Part shown: piece after piece, positions 29,416 through 38,379 of the stretch | How positions within the stretch are numbered: the stretch's first letter is position 1 | Layout of the letters: every line of letters starts with the position of its first letter | From: an uncultured Bacteroidota bacterium | Lineage (GTDB): Bacteria > Bacteroidota > Bacteroidia > UKL13-3 | NCBI GenBank assembly: GCA_903898215.1 | Contig: CAIUEQ010000288.1 | Coordinates: 1-42,297 of the forward strand | Length of the DNA: 42,297 bases | Direction: 5' to 3' | Translations under genes and position numbers: made by a program | Notes under the pieces: model-generated | What the model was told of the DNA's origin: nothing | The model's database searches: none | The model's input: the letters and a program-made list of their open reading frames with translations, nothing else

Positions 29416-32400
29416 TGAGGAAATTTTTTGTGTTTGTATTTATGATTATAGTTTGCAGTGCAACAATGCATGCCCAGCAACTAAATAATATTCGAACAAA
29501 AACTTTTCTCGCTACCAACGACACCATTTTACTCGACTCTCAAATTATTTTTAAAGGTTCGGTTTCAATAAGCTCTAACGAAAAAATATTGATAGAATCG
29601 GTCGATTTCAAAATTGACTATCTCCATTCCCAACTCATCATCCTGAATATTCCTTTGAACACAAAATTACAAGTTCAATATAAAGTACTGCAGCTTGATA
29701 TAGGAAAACCATACGCACATAAGGATAAAAAAATTATTCAGAGAGAATATTACGAAACAAGAAATCCATTTTTATACACTCCCGATGCATCAAATAAAAT
29801 TGATATTTTTAAAAATGACGGATTAAAAATGAATGGAAGTTTATCTCGTGGATTGGCTTTTGGAAACAACCAAAATGTGGTGCTAAATTCAAATTTAAAC
29901 TTACAACTTGCCGGAAAATTAAATAACGATATTGATATTTTAGCTGCAATAAGTGATGAGAACAATCCCATTCAACCTGAAGGAAACACACAGCAATTGC
30001 AAGATTTCGATAAAGTTTTTATACAGTTGAGTAAACAAAAAACAAAATTGATCGTGGGTGATTTCGAAATGAAACGTCCTCAAAATAGTTACTTCATGAA
30101 CTATTTTAAAAAATCTCGTGGACTCGAATTACAATCGGCAATTGACATAGGTAAAAATGGTGTGCTAAGTTTTAGTGGTGATGGTGCATTATCGCGTGGA
30201 AGATTTTCAAGAAATGTAATTAATGGGGTAGAAGGAAATCAAGGTCCTTATAGATTAAGCGGTGCTAATGGTGAAACTTTTCTGATCATCGTTTCGGGAA
30301 CTGAAGTGGTGTATTTGGATGGAGAAAAATTAAATCGTGGAGAACAAAATGATTATGTGATAGATTATAATTCCGGTACAATTTCATTTATGCCGAAACG
30401 ATTGATAAGCCAATACAGTAGGATCATCGTGGAGTTTCAATATTCCGATAAAAACTTTTCTCGTTCTGTTTTTCATTTTAATACCGAGTACGAACAAAAA
30501 AATGCTTTCCGCATACGTACAAATTATTTTATGGAACAGGATAATAAAGATCAGCCATTATTACAAAATTTAAACGATACCGATAAGGCCATTTTAGCTT
30601 CTGTGGGAAATAATTTAGATCAGGCTCTTGCTCCAAGTGCAACTAAAACTAATACCTTTTCTATCAGCAAAATTCTATATCGAAAAATTGATACTGCAGG
30701 TTATTCAGGAATATATTTATTTACAGATAATGCAAATTCAGACACTGTTTTTTATGAACTGAGTTTTTCTTTTGTTGGTGCCGGAAAAGGAAATTATGTG
30801 CTTTCACAAAATCCTGCAAACGGAAGAGTATTTAAATGGATAATGCCTGTAGGTGGTGTAAAACAAGGGGACTACGAACCTGTAACTTTATTGGTGAGCG
30901 CTAAAAGAATGCAAATGCTGACACTCGGAGTTGATTTGCTGGCAGCAAAAAATTCAACGTTAAGTATTGAAGTTGCACATAGCGATTTTGATAAAAATTT
31001 ATTTTCAGATTTTGATAAAAAAAATAATGGAGGAAATGGAATAAAAATAAATGGCAGCAATATTATTTCGCTTGAAAATAAACCTAAAGATTTCTGGAAT
31101 TTAAAAACAGAAGCAAATTATGAATTTGTAGATCAAAATTTCAGATATGTGGAACGCTACAGAAATGTGGAGTTTGAAAGAACATGGAACAGACAATTAA
31201 ATAACCGGCAAACTCAGGATACAGGTTATAAAGAAAATATTTTTTCGGCAAAAGCTTCACTCAACAAATCAAGCATCGGAAGTATTTATTATCAAGTAGG
31301 ATATTATAATCGCGCTGCTGCATTTAACGGAATGCAAAGTTTTGCAGGTACAAATATTCATTTCCTGAAAAATATTTTCAACTCCGAATTTGAATGGATA
31401 TCATCTTCAAATAATACTTCAAATCAAATTTTAAATAACGATGTTACAAGATATAAAATTGATTATGGAAGAGAATTTTTAAAGATGATTGCAGGAGTAA
31501 AATACGAATCTGAAAAAAGTAATTTCAGAAGCAATGCCGACTCGTTACAGAATGGAAGTTTTTATTATAACCAAACAACATTTTACCTCAAAAACAGCGA
31601 CACCACACAACTTAGATACAAAGTTGATTATGCACAACGTCAGGATTTTTTGCCAAAAATTGCGGATTATTCAACAGCAAGTTTGAGTAGAAATATTAAC
31701 GGAACAATTGAGTGGTTGCAAAAAAACAATAACAGGCTTTCTGGAAATTTTACTTATAGAGATTTTATTGTTAGCGATACCAACTTCACAAAACTGAAAC
31801 CCGAACAAACAATTTTATCTAGAATAGAATACGATTATCGTTTTTTAAAAAAGGTATTTAGTGCAAATACTTATTTGCAATTAGGTTCGGGAAATGAATT
31901 GAGAAAAGATTATCAGTTTCTTGAAGTGCCCGTTGGACAAGGTATTTACGTATGGAAAGATTTTAACAATGACGGCAAACAACAACTCAACGAATTTGTG
32001 GTGGCATCATTTATCGAAAAAAATCAGGCAAATTTTATCAAAATATTTTTACCAACTACTTCTTCCATTCGTACCAACAGCAACCAGTTTAATCAAACAC
32101 TTAACATCAATCCAAATGTGATATGGAATAATAAAAGCGGATTGAAAAAATTTATTGCACGATGGAATAATCAAACGGCATTAAAAATTGACAGAAAGAC
32201 AACTGTCCTCGATAATCTGGATTTTTTAAATCCATTTAAATTAAATGTTAATGACAGCCAATTAATTTCTCTTTCGTCAGTGATACGAAACAGTTTATTT
32301 TTTAATCGTTCCGACCCAACATTTGGTTTCGATATCAACTACCAGGATAACAGAAATAAAATTTTCCAAACAAGCGGCTTCGACTCCAAACACCGCGAAG

Positions 32401-32918
32401 AAAAAGGTGCCAACGCAAGATGGAATTTTTCGAGAACCTGGGGAATTTCATGCGGTTTTAATTCAGGAACACGATCATATTATTCCGATCTTTTTAAAAA
32501 CAACGATTACAGCTATCAGTTTTATGAGGTAAAACCAAAACTCATTTATCAGGTGAATAAAAATTTACGGACAACTTTTTTGTTCAGCTATTTTGAAGCT
32601 GCAAATTTTTATAATGGAACACAAACAGGAACAAACCGCGAAGTTGGTGCAGAGGTAAGATACAATGTTGGCACAACAGGTGCAATCAATGGGAAATACA
32701 GTTTGTATCAGGTAATTTTTAACGGTGAAAATATTTCGAGCCCTGTTGGATATGATATGCTAAACGGGTTTACAGTTGGACAAAATTCTGTATGGAATAT
32801 CAGTTTCCAACAACGCATCGGAAGCAACCTGCAAATAAATTTAACTTACGATGGACGAAAATCTGAAAGCGCAAACATTGTGCATGTAGGCAGAATGGAA
32901 GCGAGGTATATTTTTTAG
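29415..32918 (+). CDS. Large outer-membrane beta-barrel protein of unknown function
   Basis: 1167 aa, signal peptide, alternating amphipathic strands, C-terminal MEARYIF (terminal Phe); TGATG coupling to the kinase. Confidence 0.85.
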   Translation: MRKFFVFVFMIIVCSATMHAQQLNNIRTKTFLATNDTILLDSQIIFKGSVSISSNEKILIESVDFKIDYLHSQLIILNIPLNTKLQVQYKVLQLDIGKPYAHKDKKIIQREYYETRNPFLYTPDASNKIDIFKNDGLKMNGSLSRGLAFGNNQNVVLNSNLNLQLAGKLNNDIDILAAISDENNPIQPEGNTQQLQDFDKVFIQLSKQKTKLIVGDFEMKRPQNSYFMNYFKKSRGLELQSAIDIGKNGVLSFSGDGALSRGRFSRNVINGVEGNQGPYRLSGANGETFLIIVSGTEVVYLDGEKLNRGEQNDYVIDYNSGTISFMPKRLISQYSRIIVEFQYSDKNFSRSVFHFNTEYEQKNAFRIRTNYFMEQDNKDQPLLQNLNDTDKAILASVGNNLDQALAPSATKTNTFSISKILYRKIDTAGYSGIYLFTDNANSDTVFYELSFSFVGAGKGNYVLSQNPANGRVFKWIMPVGGVKQGDYEPVTLLVSAKRMQMLTLGVDLLAAKNSTLSIEVAHSDFDKNLFSDFDKKNNGGNGIKINGSNIISLENKPKDFWNLKTEANYEFVDQNFRYVERYRNVEFERTWNRQLNNRQTQDTGYKENIFSAKASLNKSSIGSIYYQVGYYNRAAAFNGMQSFAGTNIHFLKNIFNSEFEWISSSNNTSNQILNNDVTRYKIDYGREFLKMIAGVKYESEKSNFRSNADSLQNGSFYYNQTTFYLKNSDTTQLRYKVDYAQRQDFLPKIADYSTASLSRNINGTIEWLQKNNNRLSGNFTYRDFIVSDTNFTKLKPEQTILSRIEYDYRFLKKVFSANTYLQLGSGNELRKDYQFLEVPVGQGIYVWKDFNNDGKQQLNEFVVASFIEKNQANFIKIFLPTTSSIRTNSNQFNQTLNINPNVIWNNKSGLKKFIARWNNQTALKIDRKTTVLDNLDFLNPFKLNVNDSQLISLSSVIRNSLFFNRSDPTFGFDINYQDNRNKIFQTSGFDSKHREEKGANARWNFSRTWGISCGFNSGTRSYYSDLFKNNDYSYQFYEVKPKLIYQVNKNLRTTFLFSYFEAANFYNGTQTGTNREVGAEVRYNVGTTGAINGKYSLYQVIFNGENISSPVGYDMLNGFTVGQNSVWNISFQQRIGSNLQINLTYDGRKSESANIVHVGRMEARYIF

Positions 32919-32966
32919 GAAGTAATTCATGGAATCTGATTAAGAAAAAATTTATAATCAGATTTT

Positions 32967-33064
32967 CAGATTACTCACTTTGTTTGGAATTCATGCTAGT
33001 AATTGGATGGCGCGAATATCCGCCAACGACAGAGATTCCAAATACGCTAAGCGATTGAGGAATC
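32967..33064. repeat. Degenerate copy of the GTCATTCCG/GAGGAATCT palindromic element
   Basis: CAGATTACTCACTTTGTTTGGAAT ... TTGGATGGCGCGAATATCCGCCAA ... ATTCCAAA...TGAGGAATC. Confidence 0.6.
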
Positions 33065-33102
33065 CATTTATTAGGTGGAAAGATTTCACGTTTTGAATTG
33101 AC

Positions 33103-33224
33103 AGATTCCTCACTTTGTTCAGAATGACAATGCACTAATATTTAGTTGGATTGGTGGGCGCTTCGCACCCGCCAATCCAAACCCTTGAATAATTGACTGT
33201 CATTCCGAACAAAGTGAGGAATCT
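33103..33224. repeat. REP/MITE-like element, copy 1 (27-bp terminal inverted repeats plus a central GC hairpin)
   Basis: AGATTCCTCACTTTGTTCAGAATGACA / TGTCATTCCGAACAAAGTGAGGAATCT; hairpin at 33146-33180; lies between convergent genes. Confidence 0.88.
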
Positions 33225-33253
33225 AAACTTGAATTATGGCAGAGCTTTATTCT

Positions 33254-34363
33254 TTACTCAACCGTTGCGGCATATTTTGCAAAAAATTCTTTCCAGTTTA
33301 CTTTTCCCTGAGCAGTTCCTAATCGTATAATGATTAAATCTTTGTTGGGATTTACATAAATAAATTGTCCTAAATTTCCTTCTGCATAAAAGGCATGGTC
33401 AGCATCATTTTCGTATAACCACCATTGGTATTTAAAATAATTAACACCCCCATTTGTAGCATCAGGAGTTAAAGATTCTTTTACCCATTTTCCAGGAACA
33501 ATTTGTTTCCCATTCCAATTCCCATTTTTTAAATACAGTCTTCCAAACTTAGCATAATCGCGGGCACGCGCATTGATGCAACAAAATGTTTTTTCCATTC
33601 CATCATTTTTGTCGATGCTCCAACTTCCGTCAAATTCAGTTTCGATTGGGAACCAAATTCTACGTTCAAAATAATGAGTGATATTCTCATTTTTTAAAAC
33701 GCGTTGTAAAATCAATCCTAGAATTTGTGTTGAGCCACTTGTGAAATCAAAAACTTTTCCGGGTTCTCTTTTTAAAGTTAGATGCAACGTATTATGCTCT
33801 AAATTTTTTCCATAATAAAAAGTTGCAGCTTCTCCCATCGGATCCGATGATGTTTCGCTAAAATCAAGCCCCGATGTCATTTGCAATAAATGTTTAATGG
33901 TAACTTTTTCGAAGCCATTCTTTTTCAGCTCAGGTATATAATTGATAACAGCGTCATCAACTGACCCTATCAACCCATCTTCAATAGCACAACCGATTAG
34001 TGCCGATGTATAACAATTTGCCATCGAAAAGGAAGGAACAATGGATGATGAATCATATCCCTCAAAATATTTTTCGAACAATACTGTATCATTTTGAATG
34101 ATCAAAAAACCGATGGTACTATTATCCTTTAAAAACTTTTCAAATGGAACTTCCTTTCCCTGGATATTAAGAGCTGCCGGAACTTGCGCTTTCATTGGTC
34201 GTCCTTTTGGGAAAATAAAAGGTTGATTATTTGCATGAAGATCCCTATTTGGGAAAATTTTATAATCGTTCATTCCTGGTGTTTGGTGAACAACAGATCT
34301 TCCAATCTGACATGCCGAAAGGATAGCAAATAAGGCAACTATTGAGTTAAATTTTAATTTCAT
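33254..34363 (-). CDS. Beta-lactamase-fold serine hydrolase family lipoprotein with non-canonical catalytic motifs
   Basis: Lipobox LSAC; SFSMANC at the SxxK position; TIKHLLQMTSG; ARDYAKFGRLYL..G.WNGKQIVP; YQWW; GNLGQFIYV. Confidence 0.88.
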   Translation of the reverse strand: MKLKFNSIVALFAILSACQIGRSVVHQTPGMNDYKIFPNRDLHANNQPFIFPKGRPMKAQVPAALNIQGKEVPFEKFLKDNSTIGFLIIQNDTVLFEKYFEGYDSSSIVPSFSMANCYTSALIGCAIEDGLIGSVDDAVINYIPELKKNGFEKVTIKHLLQMTSGLDFSETSSDPMGEAATFYYGKNLEHNTLHLTLKREPGKVFDFTSGSTQILGLILQRVLKNENITHYFERRIWFPIETEFDGSWSIDKNDGMEKTFCCINARARDYAKFGRLYLKNGNWNGKQIVPGKWVKESLTPDATNGGVNYFKYQWWLYENDADHAFYAEGNLGQFIYVNPNKDLIIIRLGTAQGKVNWKEFFAKYAATVE

Positions 34364-34576
34364 GTTTCGAACTAAATTGAACGCAATTTAAAAAAGGATA
34401 AAAGAATGCAAAAGCAACTTATACACCAATCACTCCTGCTTAACTATCATTTTTTATCATTTTGTATAGTTTTTGAAACTCTTTTGTATGATAAAAATCA
34501 AAATTCCTGCTCTTGAAATCTGACTTCATTTATCTAATATTGCGCCCTCCTAATAGAATTTTAAACAAAAATTGAT

Positions 34577-35809
34577 ATGACAAAAATTAAAGTTGCCAAC
34601 CCGGTTGTTGAATTAGATGGTGATGAGATGACTCGCATCATCTGGAAATTTATTAAAGATAAATTGATTCTTCCTTATCTTGATTTAGATATTAAATATT
34701 ATGATCTAGGTATCGAACACCGTGATGCTACAAATGATCAGGTGACAATTGATTCGGCTGAAGCAATTAAAAAATATAATGTTGGTATCAAGTGTGCAAC
34801 AATTACTCCTGATGAGGCTCGTGTTGTTGAATTCAACTTGAAACAAATGTGGAAATCACCAAACGGAACTATTCGTAATATTTTGGACGGAACAGTTTTC
34901 CGTGAACCAATCGTTTGTAAAAATGTTCCTCGTTTAGTGCCAAACTGGACAGCTCCAATTTGTATCGGTCGTCATGCTTTTGGTGATCAATATAAAGCAA
35001 CTGATTTCGTTACTAAAGGAAAAGGAAAACTTACCGTTTCATTTACTCCCGAAGATGGAAGTGCTGCTCAAACTTTTGAAGTATATAATTTTAAAGGTGA
35101 TGGCGTTGCTCTTACTATGTACAATACAGATGAGTCGATTCGTGGATTTGCACATTCGTGTTTTAACACCGCATTACAGAAAAAATGGCCTTTATATCTT
35201 TCAACAAAAAACACCATCCTTAAAAAATATGATGGAAGATTTAAAGATATTTTCGAAGAAATTTATGAGGCAGATTATAAAGCAAAATATGCAGCTGCAG
35301 GAATTACTTACGAGCACCGTTTAATTGACGATATGGTTGCAAGTGCGTTGAAATGGAATGGAAATTTTGTTTGGGCATGTAAAAATTATGATGGTGATGT
35401 GCAAAGTGATACCGTAGCTCAAGGCTTTGGTTCATTAGGATTGATGACTTCGGTATTGGTAACTCCTGATGGAAAAACTATGGAAGCAGAAGCTGCTCAC
35501 GGAACTGTTACACGCCATTTCAGAGATCACCAAGCAGGAAAACCAACATCAACAAATCCTATTGCAAGTATTTTTGCATGGACACGCGGATTGGAATTCA
35601 GAGGTAAATTAGATAACAATCAGGAGTTGATTAATTTCTGTCATGCATTAGAGCAAGTTTGTGTTGAAACCGTTGAAAGCGGCAAAATGACTAAAGACTT
35701 AGCAATTTGCGTACATGGAAATAAAGTTACTCTTGGCGAACATTATTTAAACACTCAAGATTTTTTAGATGCGCTTGATACTAATTTGAAAATAAAATTA
35801 GGCAAATAA
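34577..35809 (+). CDS. icd: NADP-dependent isocitrate dehydrogenase (eukaryote-like subfamily)
   Basis: [38 protein letters not shown] and [10 protein letters not shown] motifs. Confidence 0.98.
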   Translation: MTKIKVANPVVELDGDEMTRIIWKFIKDKLILPYLDLDIKYYDLGIEHRDATNDQVTIDSAEAIKKYNVGIKCATITPDEARVVEFNLKQMWKSPNGTIRNILDGTVFREPIVCKNVPRLVPNWTAPICIGRHAFGDQYKATDFVTKGKGKLTVSFTPEDGSAAQTFEVYNFKGDGVALTMYNTDESIRGFAHSCFNTALQKKWPLYLSTKNTILKKYDGRFKDIFEEIYEADYKAKYAAAGITYEHRLIDDMVASALKWNGNFVWACKNYDGDVQSDTVAQGFGSLGLMTSVLVTPDGKTMEAEAAHGTVTRHFRDHQAGKPTSTNPIASIFAWTRGLEFRGKLDNNQELINFCHALEQVCVETVESGKMTKDLAICVHGNKVTLGEHYLNTQDFLDALDTNLKIKLGK

Positions 35810-35835
35810 TCAATTTAAGAATTTATAGTTTTTGA

Positions 35836-35872
35836 AAAATCCTCAAAGCAATTGTTTTGGGGATTTTTTTAT
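35836..35872 (+). terminator. Intrinsic terminator of icd; also left copy of a 37-bp direct repeat
   Basis: AAAATCCTCAAAGCAATTGTTTTGGGGATTTTTTTAT, a stem with G-U pairs plus T7. Confidence 0.85.
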
Positions 35873-35914
35873 TTACAGATTGAAATTAAACGGTCTAAAA
35901 TTTCATTTGCGTAT

Positions 35915-36011
35915 TGTCAGTTCGAGTTTATCGAGAACATGTTCTAATGAGCTCAATGCTTCAAAATTGCAATGTCTCTTCCAATAACTATCGCGACCGC
36001 TCGACAAGACA
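35915..36011. repeat. Degenerate REP pair of TGTCAGTTCGAG...TCGAGAAC type
   Basis: TGTCAGTTCGAGTTTATCGAGAAC at 35915-38 and an inverse decayed copy ...CGACCGCTCGACAAGACA ending at 36011. Confidence 0.5.
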
Positions 36012-36012
36012 T

Positions 36013-36234
36013 TTATTGAATACTTGAAATAAAAGTTGCCAATGATATTTCATAATACTTGCAAAGTGCATCAATAGTTGAAATGGAAAGATTTGTTTTG
36101 TTGGTTTCTATTCTACCAATATGAATTCCTGTGTCAAAATAAACTTGTTCTTGGGTCAGTCCTTTCTCCTCTCTTATTTTTTTAAAAGATTTTCCAATTG
36201 CCTTTAATAGCTTATCGTTTCTGACTTGCCCCAT
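36013..36234 (-). CDS. XRE/Cro-C1 family HTH transcriptional regulator
   Basis: IREEKGLTQEQV...HIGRIET...NLSISTIDALCKYYEISL. Confidence 0.9.
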   Translation of the reverse strand: MGQVRNDKLLKAIGKSFKKIREEKGLTQEQVYFDTGIHIGRIETNKTNLSISTIDALCKYYEISLATFISSIQ

Positions 36235-36363
36235 TCAGCAGGCAAACTGAATATTATCTCTGATTTTATTAATGACGTATTTGCCATTATCATATTAATT
36301 GCTTTAGTTTGAATTTCTAACCTGTAATAAATTAATCAATTAAATAAATTGAGAACTTTTGTT

Positions 36364-37040
36364 ATGACAAAAATTGAACTAAATAAACTAAATCGAATTG
36401 GTAATAGAATTTTTACCAATCCAACATTAGGGAAAAGTTTCAAACCTTCCAGAATTAACATGATATCTGGTAATACTCTTAGGGGTTTTCATTTAATCAA
36501 TAAATAAAACCTGGTTCTTCAAAGATTCTTGACAAATTTCATGAAACACATTATGAAGATATTTTTAATGCTTTAAAAAAAATCAAATCTGAAAAAGACC
36601 TAAAAATCTTTTCAGAAAAATATCGAAATATATTATTGAATTTGTTGCGTAAGAATATAAAACATGAGCAACTTAAATCATTTAATAAAACACGAAAAGT
36701 TCTCGATTTATATTTTGAGCACTTAGTTGCATTGGATAGCAGATTTACAAAAACTGAAAGAGAAAAACTTTCTGGTCTTTTGTTTCTTCCTTTGGATAGC
36801 TGGATTATCAAAAACGATTTTGTATTTTCTAGTAGTGAACGAAAAGAGTTGAAATTAAACATGAATTACACTTTTTCATGTATTAGAACCCTAGAGCATT
36901 ATTACGAAATTCAGAACTACCTAAAAGAAAATTTGAAAGGATTAGAACACCGAATATACTTCGACCTGTTTTGGAAATCCCAATATAAAAACACAAATGC
37001 CAAAAATCTTATTGAACTTCATTTTAGAAAAATTAAATAA
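36364..37040 (+). pseudogene. Frameshifted gene of about 225 aa; the supplied ORF 36636-37040 is only its 3' part
   Basis: Frame 1 from ATG 36364 (MTKIEL...ISGNTLRGFHLINK) stops at 36505-07. Frame 3 is open from 36504 (IKPGSSKILDK...) to 37040. One extra A near 36502-36504 would join them. Confidence 0.65.
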
Positions 37041-37088
37041 TAAAACTACACTTAAAACTATTAAACTTTAATCACTAAAAATAAAATT

Positions 37089-37646
37089 ATGGATAAGTAT
37101 TTAAACAATGTACTAGATCAAGTAAAACAAGTAATTGCTAGTAATGAGAAAATAGAGAATGTTCAAAAAGGAGAAAAACGCTATAATATAGAAGATAATC
37201 ATCTTTTAATAATTGGGGTAATAATTTTCATAATAGGAATTTTTGTGATGGTTAATGCAAACAAAACATTGTCAATTGATGAAGTTCTTGCAATTAAACG
37301 ATCACATCCATATGATGAATCGGGCAGAGCAACTTTAAATGAAATTAAAGATAATAAATCAACTGGAATAATAATTGGAATGTTAATTTCTATTGTTGGA
37401 TTGATTCCATTTTATATAATAAGCATTAATAAACCAAAAATCTATGTTAGAACTGATTTAAAAAAGGTTATTATAGTAAACAAAATTAACCCACTTGGTG
37501 CGACTAGCGCATTAAGAATGACATCTTCAACTATACTTATTGATGACATCACAAATATTAACGAAGAAGGACAAAATTTATTAATTAATACAAAACTCGG
37601 GGAGTCTTTCATAGTTGAAAAAACAGCAAAAAATCTTTTTATATAA
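37089..37646 (+). CDS. Hypothetical 2-TM protein with a possible bacterial PH-like C-terminal domain
   Basis: Two hydrophobic helices followed by YVRTDLKKVIIV...ILIDDITNI...LLINTKLG. Confidence 0.7.
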   Translation: MDKYLNNVLDQVKQVIASNEKIENVQKGEKRYNIEDNHLLIIGVIIFIIGIFVMVNANKTLSIDEVLAIKRSHPYDESGRATLNEIKDNKSTGIIIGMLISIVGLIPFYIISINKPKIYVRTDLKKVIIVNKINPLGATSALRMTSSTILIDDITNINEEGQNLLINTKLGESFIVEKTAKNLFI

Positions 37647-37649
37647 ACG

Positions 37650-38063
37650 ATGTTTAATAAAACAAGCATAATCATCTTATCGATTATTGCAATATCAATC
37701 TTCCTAAACTGGAGAACAATTGTCACTGATAATTATCCTTTGCCATCAAAAGATTCTTATTGGCAAATTGGTTTAATCACTTTTGAAGGCGTGTTGAGTA
37801 TAATTACTACGCTCATTCTAATTGCCTTTTTTATACTAGGAAGTAAAAATGAATTCTTCAAAACAAATTCCTTAACTATAATTATTTGTTATGGACTTTT
37901 CAACCTTTTAATGGCTTCATTATTATACTTTAATTTAGATAATAATCGTACAATGTGGGGGTCACAAAAATATTATCCAGGGAATGGTTTGCACATATTT
38001 ACAATTTCAACATTCATTTTAGTTGTATTATGTCTTTTTGAGGGAAATAAAAGGAAGAGTTAA
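37650..38063 (+). CDS. Hypothetical 4-TM membrane protein
   Basis: 137 aa with four hydrophobic segments; starts 3 bp after the previous stop. Confidence 0.7.
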   Translation: MFNKTSIIILSIIAISIFLNWRTIVTDNYPLPSKDSYWQIGLITFEGVLSIITTLILIAFFILGSKNEFFKTNSLTIIICYGLFNLLMASLLYFNLDNNRTMWGSQKYYPGNGLHIFTISTFILVVLCLFEGNKRKS

Positions 38064-38099
38064 TTCCTTGAAAAGCAAATTTTTGTTAAACTAAAAACT

Positions 38100-38136
38100 A
38101 AAATCCTCAAAGCAATTGTTTTGGGGATTTTTTTAT
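38100..38136 (+). terminator. Intrinsic terminator identical to the icd terminator (right copy of the direct repeat)
   Basis: 37/37 match to 35836-35872. Confidence 0.85.
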
Positions 38137-38142
38137 GCAAAC

Positions 38143-38298
38143 TATTTGGGCTAAAGCCCTTCTTACATATTCGTTTCTCTATTCCACGACCTAAAGGTCG
38201 TGGCAATTATTTCAAATATTAATTTCCAATATTATATAGCCCCGTGCTTTAGCGCGGGGTATAAAATTGAAATTATAATCGGGCTTTAGCCCAAAATA
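38143..38298. repeat. CTAAAG/CTTTAG-loop REP cluster of four hairpins in inverted arrangement
   Basis: TTTGGGCTAAAGCCC ... CCACGACCTAAAGGTCGTGG ... CCCCGTGCTTTAGCGCGGGG ... GGGCTTTAGCCCAAA. Confidence 0.85.
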
Positions 38299-38352
38299 TT
38301 TCTCAAATTTTTCTATTCGCATACTTTTCCTTTTTTGATTTTCCTGAGAGTG

Positions 38353-38360
38353 TATCTTTG
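38353..38360 (+). promoter_or_regulatory. -7 promoter box for the S41 peptidase gene
   Basis: TATCTTTG 19 nt upstream of the ATG. Confidence 0.55.
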
Positions 38361-38379
38361 ACCCGAATTATAAAAGAAC

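Larger units (their letters stand above)
35836..38136. mobile_element. Small accessory islet flanked by identical 37-bp direct repeats, no recombinase inside
   Basis: Exact repeat at 35836-35872 and 38100-38136; cargo is an XRE HTH, a frameshifted gene and two orphan membrane proteins. Confidence 0.5.

Noticed and set aside
32930-33234. Possible CRISPR array
   Set aside because: The repeats are inverted rather than direct, there are no regular unique spacers, and no cas genes are present.
33254-34363. Beta-lactamase resistance gene
   Set aside because: Only the fold family is shared, and the catalytic Lys and Tyr are substituted.
34445-34497. TATCAT/ATGATA repeats between the hydrolase gene and icd as an operator
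   Set aside because: Very AT-rich short matches that cannot be told from chance without comparative data.
36495-36510. Programmed -1 ribosomal frameshift
   Set aside because: No canonical X XXY YYZ slippery site or strong downstream structure; mutation or sequencing error is simpler.
35810-38140. Prophage or integron at icd
   Set aside because: No integrase, phage genes or attC-like sites, and the icd coding 3' end itself is not duplicated.
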